Counted from the first letter of the stretch, positions 17,445 to 26,044 are shown. The stretch: 64,000 bases of DNA from a virus (IMGVR_UViG_3300041409_000458); one strand, 5' to 3'. Program-made: numbers and translations. Notes: generated from the letters alone by a model not told the origin.

Positions 17445-17747
17445 TTAGTTTTTATCTTTAAGTAATAGTGGTATTTTACGTACCAACTTTTGGGTTAATG
17501 ATGATGGCTCAATAGCCACTGCTGTAATCTGATTGCCAATATCTGGCTCTCTAAATACAGTGTAACACAGTTGATTTCGTTCACAATTTGCAATCAATAA
17601 ACGAAGCTGGGCTTCATTTTGAACTTCCAACTGAACTAAAGTGTTACTTTCATTAAACCAAGGACTCGCTCGTCCCGGATGCTCAAAGATAAAATTAATT
17701 GCTGCATGACAGCTTTGTACAGACTTATACCCGTCTGCAAGGTCCAT
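17445..17747 (-). CDS. peptidyl-tRNA hydrolase, PTH2 family
   Basis: 100 aa; GYKSVQSCHAAINF (PTH2 GK..AQCSHAA motif) and TVFREPDIGNQITAVAIEPSSL (DAG.T.I..GS.TVLAIGP-like). Confidence 0.6.
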   Translation of the reverse strand: MDLADGYKSVQSCHAAINFIFEHPGRASPWFNESNTLVQLEVQNEAQLRLLIANCERNQLCYTVFREPDIGNQITAVAIEPSSLTQKLVRKIPLLLKDKN

Positions 17748-17829
17748 TCTAGTGACTGTGACAAGTTTACCTTGTCTCTACATCAAATCTATGTCTTTCA
17801 TATTTGTAAATACCATGTTTTGTCATGGT

Positions 17830-17905
17830 TGGAGCTCCCTCTATGATTCGAACATAGGGTCCCTTCCTTTGCGGGGAAGTGCTTTACCAACTCAGCTAAG
17901 GGAGC
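17830..17905 (-). tRNA. tRNA, anticodon GCA (Cys-like) with atypical C32-C33 anticodon loop; CCA encoded
   Basis: Hand-folded cloverleaf: acceptor GCTCCCT/AGGGAGC, D-loop AGTTGGTA, anticodon stem CTTCC/GGAAG with loop CCGCAAA, T-arm CTATG-TTCGAAT-CATAG, 3' T-CCA. Confidence 0.55.
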
Positions 17906-17911
17906 TTCTTA

Positions 17912-18130
17912 TTATTTGATTTTTGCTACTATTCCGGATTCATCCTCAACTATCTCTAAAGTGCCTCTAAATTGGAGAGCTCCTTTGGTGTGTGGAGAAT
18001 CAGGAGTTTCTTTTGTTGAAAAACCAACTTCTGAATCTAGGTGGTTTACATAAAATGTCTGACCTTTTGTCTTAACAATCCACTGAGGAATTGTTGAATC
18101 TTCGTTGTGCTTCTTGTTAAAGTGGAACAC
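17912..18130 (-). CDS. hypothetical protein
   Basis: 72 aa ORF. Confidence 0.3.
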   Translation of the reverse strand: MFHFNKKHNEDSTIPQWIVKTKGQTFYVNHLDSEVGFSTKETPDSPHTKGALQFRGTLEIVEDESGIVAKIK

Positions 18131-18183
18131 AATTCTTTCTGTTTGTTCATTTTTGAATATCTAGCTCATATTTAATCTTTTAG

Positions 18184-18255
18184 TGCAGATAAAGAGAATC
18201 GAACTCTTGACAAAAGCTTTTAGAGAGCCATGTTCTACCCCTGAACTATATCTGC
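18184..18255 (-). tRNA. suppressor-like tRNA with anticodon CUA (amber-reading)
   Basis: Hand-folded: acceptor GCAGATA/TATCTGC (7 bp), D-arm GTTC-AGGGGTA-GAAC, anticodon loop CTCTAAA (C32 U33 CUA A37 A38), T-arm AAGAG-TTCGATT-CTCTT; anticodon stem has only 3 WC + 1 GU pairs. Confidence 0.55.
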
Positions 18256-18461
18256 AGGTAATTTAATTATTCCAGCATGTAATTTCCTGTGACAATTTGC
18301 ACATAAGATTATACACTTATTAATTTCTTCTTCAACTTTTAATAGTGAACCTTTATTGTGACCCTGACTCATTAAAAATTTCTTATCTCTAAGATGATGG
18401 TAATCCAGACATACTTTTTCAGATTCATTACATAAAATACAGAATGTTTTAGAGTCTTGAA

Positions 18462-18650
18462 TTAGCTTTTTAAGTGATTGCCTTTTTTCTCATTCCTCTT
18501 ATAAAAAGCTGGTTTATTTTTGTAGTAATGTTTTCTTTTATATTCTCTTTGACATAAGCTACAAACTGTGTGCTTTATTCCTTTAGCTTTATTTTCATAA
18601 ACAAAATCATCTTCTTTTTTGATTACTTTACATTTTATACATTGTTTCAT
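18462..18650 (-). CDS. small Cys-rich (zinc-ribbon-like) protein
   Basis: 62 aa; CIKC ... CSLC pairs. Confidence 0.3.
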   Translation of the reverse strand: MKQCIKCKVIKKEDDFVYENKAKGIKHTVCSLCQREYKRKHYYKNKPAFYKRNEKKGNHLKS

Positions 18651-18826
18651 GATACAATATACAAATAAATCTCTAAATAATCAAAGATTTATTTTAGAGA
18701 TTATAGAGAAAACGAAGGTCTACTATGAATTCCCTTTCATAATAAAGATAAAGACTTTCATCTTATTACAACGTTAATGCATTGTTAAAAAAGGAGCCTG
18801 ACCATTCAGAAACTCCCTAAACCTAG

Positions 18827-19615
18827 CTATTTCAAAGTGTCATACTTGCTAACAGGCAGATTTTCTCTTCTTGTAGCAAATACTTCCACTGTTTTATCAC
18901 TGGTAAATCCGTATTTGTAATCAACATGTGGTCGTCTGAGGAAGACGTTATAAAAGTTATTAGGATAAATATCCAGCAACGTATTATTAACATTTGCCAA
19001 CTGCTGACATTCAACCTCTAGCTGATAGTAACCTTCTCTCTGAGTCTCTACATAATTGGACAGGTCCTTCCACATACTTGTAAACTCCTCAAAAGGAATA
19101 ACTTTCTGTTCAGATAACCATTTCCATGCCAATTGAGCACCATCCTTTTTGTTATCCATTACAATGGTAGTAATTTGCCTGAACTGGTCAAAATTGATGA
19201 AGGATATCTCTTTTTTTTGATAGTAGCTTTTGCACATCTTATCGAAATACACACCTCTTTGTTGACTCTTTTGAGTGAAAGCATTATATGAAACAACACT
19301 CTCATTAAACATTTTCTTAGGACCATTTACTGGCACCAAGGCTGCAATGAATATAATGATAAGCCATATTCTGAACCATTTAAAGGCAGGTAAGATATTA
19401 TCTTCCGCTTTGGCTAAATCATCGTCTACTGCATAGGCAAATGTTAAGATAATCATTGCAAGACTGGTTAAGCCCAATATCCAGCACATTCCATCGCCAA
19501 GGTTGAAAGTTTGAACTACGAGGTAAGACGTCGTAGGCATTAATAATAAAGTTAAAATGAATAACTTCAGATAATTTTTGTTCATGTTTTTTGGTTTTTT
19601 AGTTAACCCTCCCAT
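18827..19615 (-). CDS. membrane protein
   Basis: 262 aa; several hydrophobic helices (LFILTLLLMPTTSYLVV, ILGLTSLAMIILTFAYAV, IWLIIIFIAALV). Confidence 0.4.
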   Translation of the reverse strand: MGGLTKKPKNMNKNYLKLFILTLLLMPTTSYLVVQTFNLGDGMCWILGLTSLAMIILTFAYAVDDDLAKAEDNILPAFKWFRIWLIIIFIAALVPVNGPKKMFNESVVSYNAFTQKSQQRGVYFDKMCKSYYQKKEISFINFDQFRQITTIVMDNKKDGAQLAWKWLSEQKVIPFEEFTSMWKDLSNYVETQREGYYQLEVECQQLANVNNTLLDIYPNNFYNVFLRRPHVDYKYGFTSDKTVEVFATRRENLPVSKYDTLK

Positions 19616-20220
19616 TTTAAGGAAGAAAGTGAGTTATTTTTATACAATCTGTAGACTTTTCCATAGTCTATCTTTAACTTTTCAGCTATTCTCCTAAGAG
19701 AATAAGATATACCATTTCTTTGTATACATATTGTATTTGAGCGATTTGCTGCTTGTTCATTTAATTCAATCCACTTACAATTCTCCTTGTAATAACCTTT
19801 CTCAATTTCCAACCTCTCAATTGATGAGGTTTGAGTAGGTAATTCTCCCATATCTTCCAAGAAATTCTCAAAAGACATCCACCTTTCACAAACTGTAATT
19901 CCTTTACCTCCATAGTACTTATAGTTCTGCGTAGCTGGGTTATAGCAACGCTTTTTCATATCACACCATATACTATATATCTTGGAATTTCTCATTCCAT
20001 GAGTTTTAGCTGGTGGATTTTCTATACTTATGCATCCACATGATGCTATTTTTCCACTCTTTAAATGGTCTAATCTAACAGTCTTACTATTACCACAATC
20101 ACATAAACACTTATAGTAATTCTGATAAGCATTGTTTTTGTGTGAAAATTCGATAATAGTAAGTCTGTTAAATTTATCTCCTAGTTTAATTGTCTTTTTC
20201 ATGATGTGAAGATACAACAA
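19603..20220 (-). CDS. putative HNH-like homing endonuclease / zinc-binding phage nuclease
   Basis: 205 aa; Cys cluster CLCDCG...SCGC and RCYNPATQNYKYYGGKGITVCERWMSFENFLEDMG, a pattern common in phage HNH-type endonucleases. Confidence 0.4.
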   Translation of the reverse strand: MLYLHIMKKTIKLGDKFNRLTIIEFSHKNNAYQNYYKCLCDCGNSKTVRLDHLKSGKIASCGCISIENPPAKTHGMRNSKIYSIWCDMKKRCYNPATQNYKYYGGKGITVCERWMSFENFLEDMGELPTQTSSIERLEIEKGYYKENCKWIELNEQAANRSNTICIQRNGISYSLRRIAEKLKIDYGKVYRLYKNNSLSSLKWEG

Positions 20221-20249
20221 TTAATTGATATTACCAAATAAAAGAGTAT

Positions 20250-21500
20250 TTAGTCACGCCACTCGATTGCTGGGCAATTGTTTTTGAGCATCTGTACCAC
20301 AAAGATACCAGCATTCCTGATACTTTTACAGAATTTGGATATAATTTCATAGATGAAAGAGAGTACATTAAGTACTGGGTCTAAGATATACTTGTCTATA
20401 AAAGCCTTTCTTTTTAATCTCCTTTGTTTTCTTAAGTTTCGTACCTCAGCCTCTTTAGTCCAACTATATTCCTTTTTTGGAAAATAATTATAAAATGTAA
20501 GAACTTTTGGCCAGTGAAATTTTGATGATGCTATCTTAAGAATGAGTTCACGGACAAAGAATACTAATAATAAAAAGACAGCTATAATAAGTAGTACTAG
20601 TCCAACTTTACCAAGTATATTTCCCATATCAACATAAGTTGTATGTTTTACACTAGTAAATCCTTCATAAGACCAATAGATAAATTGCCAAACATAGTAT
20701 AAAGCTACTAAAACAGCTGCACTTCCGAGAGTATAAGCTAAAAATGCTGTGATTGGTTTTGTCATCTTAAGAATATGATTAATCCGGGCTTTATTAGCAC
20801 GTAATCTTGCAGCTTCAGCTTCAATTTGAGCTTGTTTCTTCTCCTTTTCATACTTCCGTAAAACAACTTCAAAGCTTCCATCACTCAAGAGAGCTTCAGT
20901 ATCATCACCTTTATAAAAGGATAGAAATTGTTTTTTCTTCTCTTCCAAATATTGAGCAGCTTTTATTCTAGCTTCTTCAGCTTCTTTTATCCATTCATCA
21001 TCAGCTAGCTTTTCTGCAACCTTATGAACTTTGTGTGATATATCTCTCCAATCGTCATAACGCCATTGTCTCAGTTTCTGTGTTATTCTTTCATAGGCTG
21101 ATTCTTGCTTATTTTTGAGTTCAAGCAACTTTTCCGGATGTGCTTTATAATATGCACTCCATTTATCCCAGATTGCTTTTTCTTTCCGTCTTTTTATCTC
21201 TTGTTTGGCTTCCCAACGTATTTCTCTCTTTTTATTACCTTCTTCAATCCATATCATAATGGACTTATATACAGGTTTTAGAGCCATACCTAATCCAATG
21301 TATACAAGTTTTAGGATATATTTAAGTAACCTAAAACCTTCTTTAATTGGGGCCACGAAGAGGATGGCAAAGTGATTGAAGACAGATAACCACCAGTACG
21401 GACACATGTGACTAAAGTCAGTGGGGTCCAGCTTCCATAAGTATCTCATCAATTTTGCGTGATAAGAGCTTTTCTTTAAAACAAAGACGTCTTTAAACAT
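20250..21500 (-). CDS. membrane protein with K/E/W-rich coiled-coil region
   Basis: 416 aa; TM segments near residues 35-60, 235-260, 285-310; long charged helical middle. Confidence 0.4.
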   Translation of the reverse strand: MFKDVFVLKKSSYHAKLMRYLWKLDPTDFSHMCPYWWLSVFNHFAILFVAPIKEGFRLLKYILKLVYIGLGMALKPVYKSIMIWIEEGNKKREIRWEAKQEIKRRKEKAIWDKWSAYYKAHPEKLLELKNKQESAYERITQKLRQWRYDDWRDISHKVHKVAEKLADDEWIKEAEEARIKAAQYLEEKKKQFLSFYKGDDTEALLSDGSFEVVLRKYEKEKKQAQIEAEAARLRANKARINHILKMTKPITAFLAYTLGSAAVLVALYYVWQFIYWSYEGFTSVKHTTYVDMGNILGKVGLVLLIIAVFLLLVFFVRELILKIASSKFHWPKVLTFYNYFPKKEYSWTKEAEVRNLRKQRRLKRKAFIDKYILDPVLNVLSFIYEIISKFCKSIRNAGIFVVQMLKNNCPAIEWRD

Positions 21501-21514
21501 AGCGTTTGATTTAA

Positions 21515-21700
21515 TTATGATTCATTTTTGTCCTTCAGCGTAATAATTATATTGTCTGAATTAGGGACAGTTTCTATTGTTGCAAGTCCTCCAACGAACA
21601 ATTCACTAAAGAATTGTCTTTCAAGTGTATTAGTTGGCTCTATTATTAATTTTAGCTCCTTTTTACCCTTTGTAGATGAGTTGCACATGGTATAATCCAT
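21515..21700 (-). CDS. hypothetical protein
   Basis: 61 aa ORF. Confidence 0.25.
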   Translation of the reverse strand: MDYTMCNSSTKGKKELKLIIEPTNTLERQFFSELFVGGLATIETVPNSDNIIITLKDKNES

Positions 21701-21896
21701 ATTACTCTTTTTTAGTTAACATAAAGATGAATTCTGCTCTTACATGCTTTGCCCATTTTTCACAATAACTATAAGCTTCTTTTATACTCAACTTAAGACC
21801 TCGTGCAATGTAATTTAGAGTCTTATCATGATTATCATCAATATAATCATAAATTTCTGCTGCTTTCTTCTCATCCATGATTTTGATTTGAAGTAA

Positions 21897-21930
21897 TAAA
21901 AAAAGGGCTCCTCATTTCTGAAGAGCCCTG
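21897..21930 (-). terminator. rho-independent terminator after 21952..23841 gene
   Basis: aaaaaaagggctcctcatttctgaagagccctg hairpin with T-tract in minus sense. Confidence 0.5.
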
Positions 21931-21951
21931 TTATAGTTGGTCTGAAAAGCC

Positions 21952-23841
21952 TTAAATTGTGTTCTTTCTCACCAGTTCATATCTGTTTGACCTGTGGAAT
22001 GATTGCAATGGTGTATAAACATCCATTACATCCATATCCTTAAAGTTTGTTAACAGTTGCTCAATCTGAGCTGGATTTGGTGGAACAAACATGAAATTGT
22101 CAATACCTGAGAATCTGTCAGCCTTAGCTGAAGATGCCCCGGCAACATCAATGGCGATGATAAATGGTCTGAAGCCAAAGTATTTCTCACATCTCTTCAT
22201 AAAGTCATTGATTGAGCTCTCTGGAGAAGGCATGTTATTCCAGTTTCCATCGGAAATGATGGTCCAAACAGGGAAATGCTGTAATTGTTCAGTCATTGTT
22301 AAATCTCCCTGCAATTGCTGGTTCAGGTATTCCGGAATAGAACTAATATTCGTACCGTTTCCTGTCTGTACAGCATGACTAAACTCTCTTATTCTCTTGA
22401 GGTTATCAAGGAAATGAAGATTTGGGTCCAGTAATGGCTGACTTACCTTCTGTGCAGTTGTACGCAGAATTGAATTACCTGTTAAAGGAGCTCTGGCTGT
22501 CATTGTATTATACAACCTTGCATGACTTGAATAAAATCCAAGTAATGACCTTCCTTCTTCAGATGGGTTCTTTGTAAGACAGATTGTAGCCATGAAAGCA
22601 GCAAAATCAAAGGCTGTAATACCATTGGTTTTGTAAGTAGTCATTGAACGTGAATCATCCACAAACACCAGATTGTTGAATTCCAGCTTAATCTTATCAA
22701 GGAATGGCTGTAGTTTTAACTTATCAACAGTTCCAAGGATTATTTCTGTGAATAATTTCTCAAATTCAACAGCACCAACAGTAACTTTAGCTTCTTTCTT
22801 CAGCTTTACCACGTTTTCCTTTTCTTCTTCAGTAGCTGTTCCCTGACGAACCTTTTCTTCTACTACACGTACCTCGGTCTGCTTTGCTTCCTTAAACTTC
22901 TCCCAAGCTAAGAACCAGTTACCAATATCACCCCATTTCTCCTTGCACTTGTTATCCTTATCCAGAACCCTGCAACGAACTCTATAACGAGCAGTTGCTG
23001 GCAGTTTGTCAAGAAATAACAGGAAACTATCCTTATCAAATTCTCTCACCTTACCTGAGGCAAACATTACACTTTCCAGTTCACCAATGTATTCCTTTCT
23101 CCAGTTAATGTAACCAGTGAATTCAACATGTGTTGTTTTCTTCACATATGGCAGATTGGCTTTATCACACACCAATTTCAGGAAGTGTTGTTTTGCACCC
23201 ATGTTTGCTTTCGTTTCCAGAAGCATGGTTTTGTGATTCTTCCTCTTACTTAACCTTGGTCTTGTAAGGAATTTTGCCAACAGATGCTTATCAGAAGGAT
23301 TTCTTCTTTTAATAACACCTGCACAAAAGTCAGCAAGGTCATTCAGATATTCATCTGTACCATCAAAACTGGAAGTAACTGATACAACTTTCTTGGTCTT
23401 TTTGGTTGTTTTTACCCTGTTCTTAAGTAATGTATCAAATGAAGTAAATTCATTGAACAAGTTTGCAAACAGGAACTTCTTGAATTGTGGATAGTTCGTC
23501 TTTTTAAGCCATTCGAAGGCTAACAGAAATGGTTCCCTTTGTGATGAACCACCACTATCCGTTTTCACTCCTTTAAAGATATTGTGCTGACGAGCAGTAA
23601 TATCTCCAATAGAGAATAATAAGGAGAAGAACATCTCTCTTCCTTCTTTACTTTTCTGAGCTTCAGCCCAGCTTCTGTCGAGCATACCTTGGTTGATTGT
23701 CCCTTTCGAGGCATTCTGATAGAACTCGAGAGTGTTTCTCATTCCGTAGAATGGATTGTCTGTCTTTTTGTTCACTTGAACTGCTAAATTTGCCATGTTG
23801 ATGGTTTTGTAGGACACTTTTTCCTTTTGATTAACATTCAA
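21952..23841 (-). CDS. large protein with C-terminal von Willebrand factor A (vWA) domain
   Basis: 629 aa; MIDAS-like LVFVDDSRSMTT (DxSxS) and downstream WTIISDGNWN (DG motif). Confidence 0.5.
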   Translation of the reverse strand: MNVNQKEKVSYKTINMANLAVQVNKKTDNPFYGMRNTLEFYQNASKGTINQGMLDRSWAEAQKSKEGREMFFSLLFSIGDITARQHNIFKGVKTDSGGSSQREPFLLAFEWLKKTNYPQFKKFLFANLFNEFTSFDTLLKNRVKTTKKTKKVVSVTSSFDGTDEYLNDLADFCAGVIKRRNPSDKHLLAKFLTRPRLSKRKNHKTMLLETKANMGAKQHFLKLVCDKANLPYVKKTTHVEFTGYINWRKEYIGELESVMFASGKVREFDKDSFLLFLDKLPATARYRVRCRVLDKDNKCKEKWGDIGNWFLAWEKFKEAKQTEVRVVEEKVRQGTATEEEKENVVKLKKEAKVTVGAVEFEKLFTEIILGTVDKLKLQPFLDKIKLEFNNLVFVDDSRSMTTYKTNGITAFDFAAFMATICLTKNPSEEGRSLLGFYSSHARLYNTMTARAPLTGNSILRTTAQKVSQPLLDPNLHFLDNLKRIREFSHAVQTGNGTNISSIPEYLNQQLQGDLTMTEQLQHFPVWTIISDGNWNNMPSPESSINDFMKRCEKYFGFRPFIIAIDVAGASSAKADRFSGIDNFMFVPPNPAQIEQLLTNFKDMDVMDVYTPLQSFHRSNRYELVRKNTI

Positions 23842-23865
23842 ATGCTGGAATACCAGCTTTAATTT

Positions 23866-23884
23866 GATTGTAAGTGTCCAAAGT
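23866..23884 (-). promoter_or_regulatory. instance of recurring motif (minus sense TTAAG..ACTTACAA), here 25 nt upstream of the vWA gene start and just 3' of a tRNA
   Basis: Plus strand ttgattgtaagtgtccaaag; the same core ttgtaagt recurs about 10 times between 23.8 and 26.8 kb. Confidence 0.4.
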
Positions 23885-23893
23885 TAATAATTG

Positions 23894-23967
23894 TGTAGAA
23901 GGTAGGAGTCGAACCTACGACTTCTGATACCGGGTATCAGCACTCTAGCCAACTGAGTTACTTCTAC
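23894..23967 (-). tRNA. tRNA with canonical cloverleaf but atypical anticodon loop ACCCGGU (possible CCG, Arg-like)
   Basis: Acceptor GTAGAAG/CTTCTAC, D-arm ACTC-AGTTGGCTA-GAGT, anticodon stem CTGAT/ATCAG, T-arm GTAGG-TTCGACT-CCTAC, discriminator A; no U33. Confidence 0.55.
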
Positions 23968-23968
23968 A

Positions 23969-24026
23969 TGGTGAGGAACAGGTCTGAATCTTTCAAGCTT
24001 TCGCCAGCTAACTCAGTTGTTCCTCA
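23969..24026 (-). ncRNA. tRNA-like minihelix ending in CCA (9 bp helix TGAGGAACA/TGTTCCTCA + CCA) immediately 5' of the 23894..23967 tRNA
   Basis: Minus sense TGAGGAACA-N37-TGTTCCTCA-CCA-T followed directly by the tRNA 5' end; internal CTGA..TCAG helix and GCGAAAGC GNRA hairpin; no D or T loop. Confidence 0.35.
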
Positions 24027-24267
24027 TTTAAAGATACTTGGTTTTGTTGACATTATCATAAAATGTTGCGTCTACCAATTTCGCCACCCCACCATTTACT
24101 CAACAGTTACTCCTTTTGAGAGACTGAAGAGTTAATCACATACAAAGGGAACGTATCGTACGAGCCGTTCATGTCTACGTACAGTATTCGGGTATGTGAG
24201 CCCATTGTGGTGGGGCTAGGAATCGAACCTAGAAGTACCCTTTCGGGAGATTGTCTAGTAAGTATCT
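24027..24267 (-). tRNA. candidate circularly permuted / two-piece type II (Leu-like) tRNA gene
   Basis: In minus sense the 3' half (variable hairpin CCCGAAAGGG, T-arm CTAGG-TTCGATT-CCTAG, acceptor CCCCACC) at 24208..24245 lies upstream of the 5' half (GGTGGGG-TG-GCGAAATTGGTAGACGC-A-ACATT-TTATGAT-AATGT) at 24050..24093; 114 nt linker; flanked by inverted repeats agatactt (24260..24267 / 24031..24039). Confidence 0.4.
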
Positions 24268-24335
24268 TAATATTTTGCTAAGCACTATTTGGTCATTGTT
24301 GCAAAATGGTGTCCCACTGAAGGAACTTGATTTGT

Positions 24336-24352
24336 TTGTAAGTGCTTAAAAG
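24336..24352 (-). promoter_or_regulatory. recurring ttgtaagtgcttaaaag motif instance
   Basis: Plus tttgtaagtgcttaaaag; same motif family as 23866, 24659, 24794, 25906, 26716. Confidence 0.35.
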
Positions 24353-24355
24353 TTT

Positions 24356-24541
24356 TTACATATGTTGTCCTAATTCCTTATACGCTTCAGCTAATGCATT
24401 AATCGCTTCACGTATTTTTTGTTTGGCTTTAGGAATATTCTTAACTGCTTTGTTTTTGGCTACATAATCTTCAAGGTTGTTAGTTATGATAGAAGTTCTA
24501 TCCATAGCTTCATGAAGGTAACCTTTGTCTACTTTTGCCAT
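24356..24541 (-). CDS. hypothetical small protein embedded in tRNA array
   Basis: 61 aa ORF MAKVDKGYLHEAMDRTSII...; helical, K-rich. Confidence 0.3.
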   Translation of the reverse strand: MAKVDKGYLHEAMDRTSIITNNLEDYVAKNKAVKNIPKAKQKIREAINALAEAYKELGQHM

Positions 24542-24576
24542 TGGTTTTATTTTAAAAATGAAAGACGCTTATCATA

Positions 24577-24647
24577 TTACAATTGTGGGAATTGAACCCA
24601 CGAGTTTTTATCCAGATTAAAATGCAGAACCACTCTGCAAATTGTTA
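24577..24647 (-). tRNA. tRNA-like element with anticodon CUG (Gln-like) but poorly paired acceptor stem
   Basis: D-arm GCAG-AGTGGTT-CTGC, anticodon stem TTTTA/TAAAA with loop ATCTGGA (U33, CUG), T-arm GTGGG-TTCAATT-CCCAC; 5' TAACAAT vs 3' AATTGTA pairs at only 4 of 7 positions. Confidence 0.4.
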
Positions 24648-24670
24648 GATTGATTTGATTGTAAGTGTCT

Positions 24671-24810
24671 TAATAAATTGAGGATACTTATTTTTTGATT
24701 TCGTGAAAAGAAATTGCACTACCAACTATGCTACCCCTCCATTAACCGACGTGAAACTTGCGGAGGGGGCTGGATTCGAACCAACGTATATTTTGATGGT
24801 CTTGTAAGTA
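24671..24810 (-). tRNA. candidate circularly permuted / two-piece tRNA gene (anticodon UUC)
   Basis: Minus sense order: leader AGGATACTT (24799..24807) - T-arm GTTGG-TTCGAAT-CCAGC (24762..24778) - acceptor 3' CCCCTCC-G (24754..24761) - 20 nt linker - acceptor 5' GGAGGGG (24727..24733) - TA - D-arm GCAT-AGTTGGTA-GTGC - A - anticodon arm ATTTC-TTTTCAC-GAAAT (24691..24707) - trailer AAGTATCCT (24674..24682); acceptor halves perfectly complementary (7/7); leader/trailer 9 bp complementary. Confidence 0.45.
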
Positions 24811-25059
24811 TCCTAAAAAGGTGATATAGTTAGGGGACCCTCTTATCAGGAGGACCTGCCAGCTTATGAGGCCAACAGTTAAAATTTTATTATAAGTAGC
24901 AACTCCAGACCATCTGGATTTTCGACTACTACCGGAGACTCCCCTCGTATGTTATCTACTCCGTGGCTTGTGAAGCTTCGGGAGCGTATTTAATATTTTT
25001 ACTATAGCTTCATTCTTTGCATGAATGTGTGCTGGTAGAAAATGTGATTTTGCAAGATA

Positions 25060-25551
25060 CTATTTATGCTGTAACCAGCTACCATAATCCAAATTTCCTC
25101 TCTTCTTGTTACACTTCTTACATGCTGTAAGTAGGTTTGATGGATGACTTGCACCTCCTGATTCCCATGTGATAATATGGTCTACAGTCAAAGGTACATT
25201 ATCTATTCCACAATACCTACAACAATAATTATCCCTACGGAATACTTGCCATGAAATCTTTTGGTCAATTTGTCTCTGACCTTTACGAAGCAGTTTTCCT
25301 TCTTCGCCTTCAATGTTACACTTGTCAAGCTGGTCTTGTAAAGTATACCATTGCTCAGATGTTGGTGTGATTATAATCAACTCACCTTTCACTTTCTCTA
25401 GAGGTAAATTGACAAGGTAAACCTCATCATCCTTACCCTCCATCAAAAGACCTTTTATTTGAATATCATTACCCCATGAGAGTAATGGGATTTCGTTAAA
25501 CCCTAGAACTTTCGTCATAAGAGTAATTTTAAATGTTAAAAAAGAAGTCAC
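25060..25551 (-). CDS. HNH endonuclease
   Basis: 163 aa; C-terminal CRYCGIDNVPLTVDHIITWESGGASHPSNLLTACKKCNKKRGN is a canonical HNH motif. Confidence 0.7.
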   Translation of the reverse strand: MTSFLTFKITLMTKVLGFNEIPLLSWGNDIQIKGLLMEGKDDEVYLVNLPLEKVKGELIIITPTSEQWYTLQDQLDKCNIEGEEGKLLRKGQRQIDQKISWQVFRRDNYCCRYCGIDNVPLTVDHIITWESGGASHPSNLLTACKKCNKKRGNLDYGSWLQHK

Positions 25552-25658
25552 TAAATCAATACGACAAATTGGTGGGCCGAAACCCTAAGTGTTAGTAAGT
25601 GACTTATAATCTTCAATGTAGCGGAGTGTTTAAGTTTCCGTGCCAATTGAGATATTTG

Positions 25659-25767
25659 TGGGGGAGATAGGAGTTGAACCTATTATCTGTACATTGTAAG
25701 TGTATTGCTTTAACCTTTGAATTTCTTATAAGTAACAAACTATTACTTTTTCTTTAGCTTCTCCCCC
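25659..25767 (-). ncRNA. tRNA-like element: 7 bp acceptor (GGGGGAG/CTCCCCC) and T-arm (ATAGG-TTCAACT-CCTAT) enclosing a 75 nt insert without recognisable D/anticodon arms
   Basis: Perfect 7 bp G-rich acceptor complementarity 100 nt apart; canonical T-loop; insert contains the recurring ACTTACAA motif (25693..25715). Confidence 0.3.
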
Positions 25768-25803
25768 TATTTTACCATTTTTCTAAACGGTACCAAAATA
25801 AAA

Positions 25804-25919
25804 GCTACTAATTTTTTTGTCAAATTACAAGTTTGATGCTCAACCGCTGAGCCAAGATTCCAATGAAGGATTCTATTGGATTCGAACCAATGTTATTTTA
25901 ATTTTCTTGTAAGTAGCTT
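25804..25919 (-). tRNA. candidate circularly permuted / two-piece tRNA gene (anticodon UGU, Thr-like)
   Basis: Minus sense order: leader AAGCTACTT (25911..25919) - T-arm ATTGG-TTCGAAT-CCAAT (25875..25891) - acceptor 3' AGAATCC-T (25867..25874) - 5 nt linker - acceptor 5' GGAATCT (25855..25861; 6/7 complementary) - TG - D-arm GCTC-AGCGGTT-GAGC - A - anticodon arm TCAAA-CTTGTAA-TTTGA (25820..25836) - trailer TAGTAGCT (25804..25811; 8 bp complementary to leader). Confidence 0.45.
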
Positions 25920-26044
25920 AAAAGTTTGATGTAGCACCCTCATAAAGAAAGGGGTCATGTTGACTTACTCTTCCCACAATGCTACCACATCGTTTACCAC
26001 CGCACAACCATCCGTAGTAAACTAGGCTCCTCCGCTAAGAGCAA

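Noticed and set aside
24027-25919. Reading the tRNA-like units on the plus strand in conventional 5'-to-3' order
   Set aside because: On the plus strand the loops read ATTCGAA and TACCAACT instead of T-loop TTCGAAT and D-loop AGTTGGTA, and no CCA/discriminator context fits; only the minus strand gives canonical D/T loops, which forces the permuted order.
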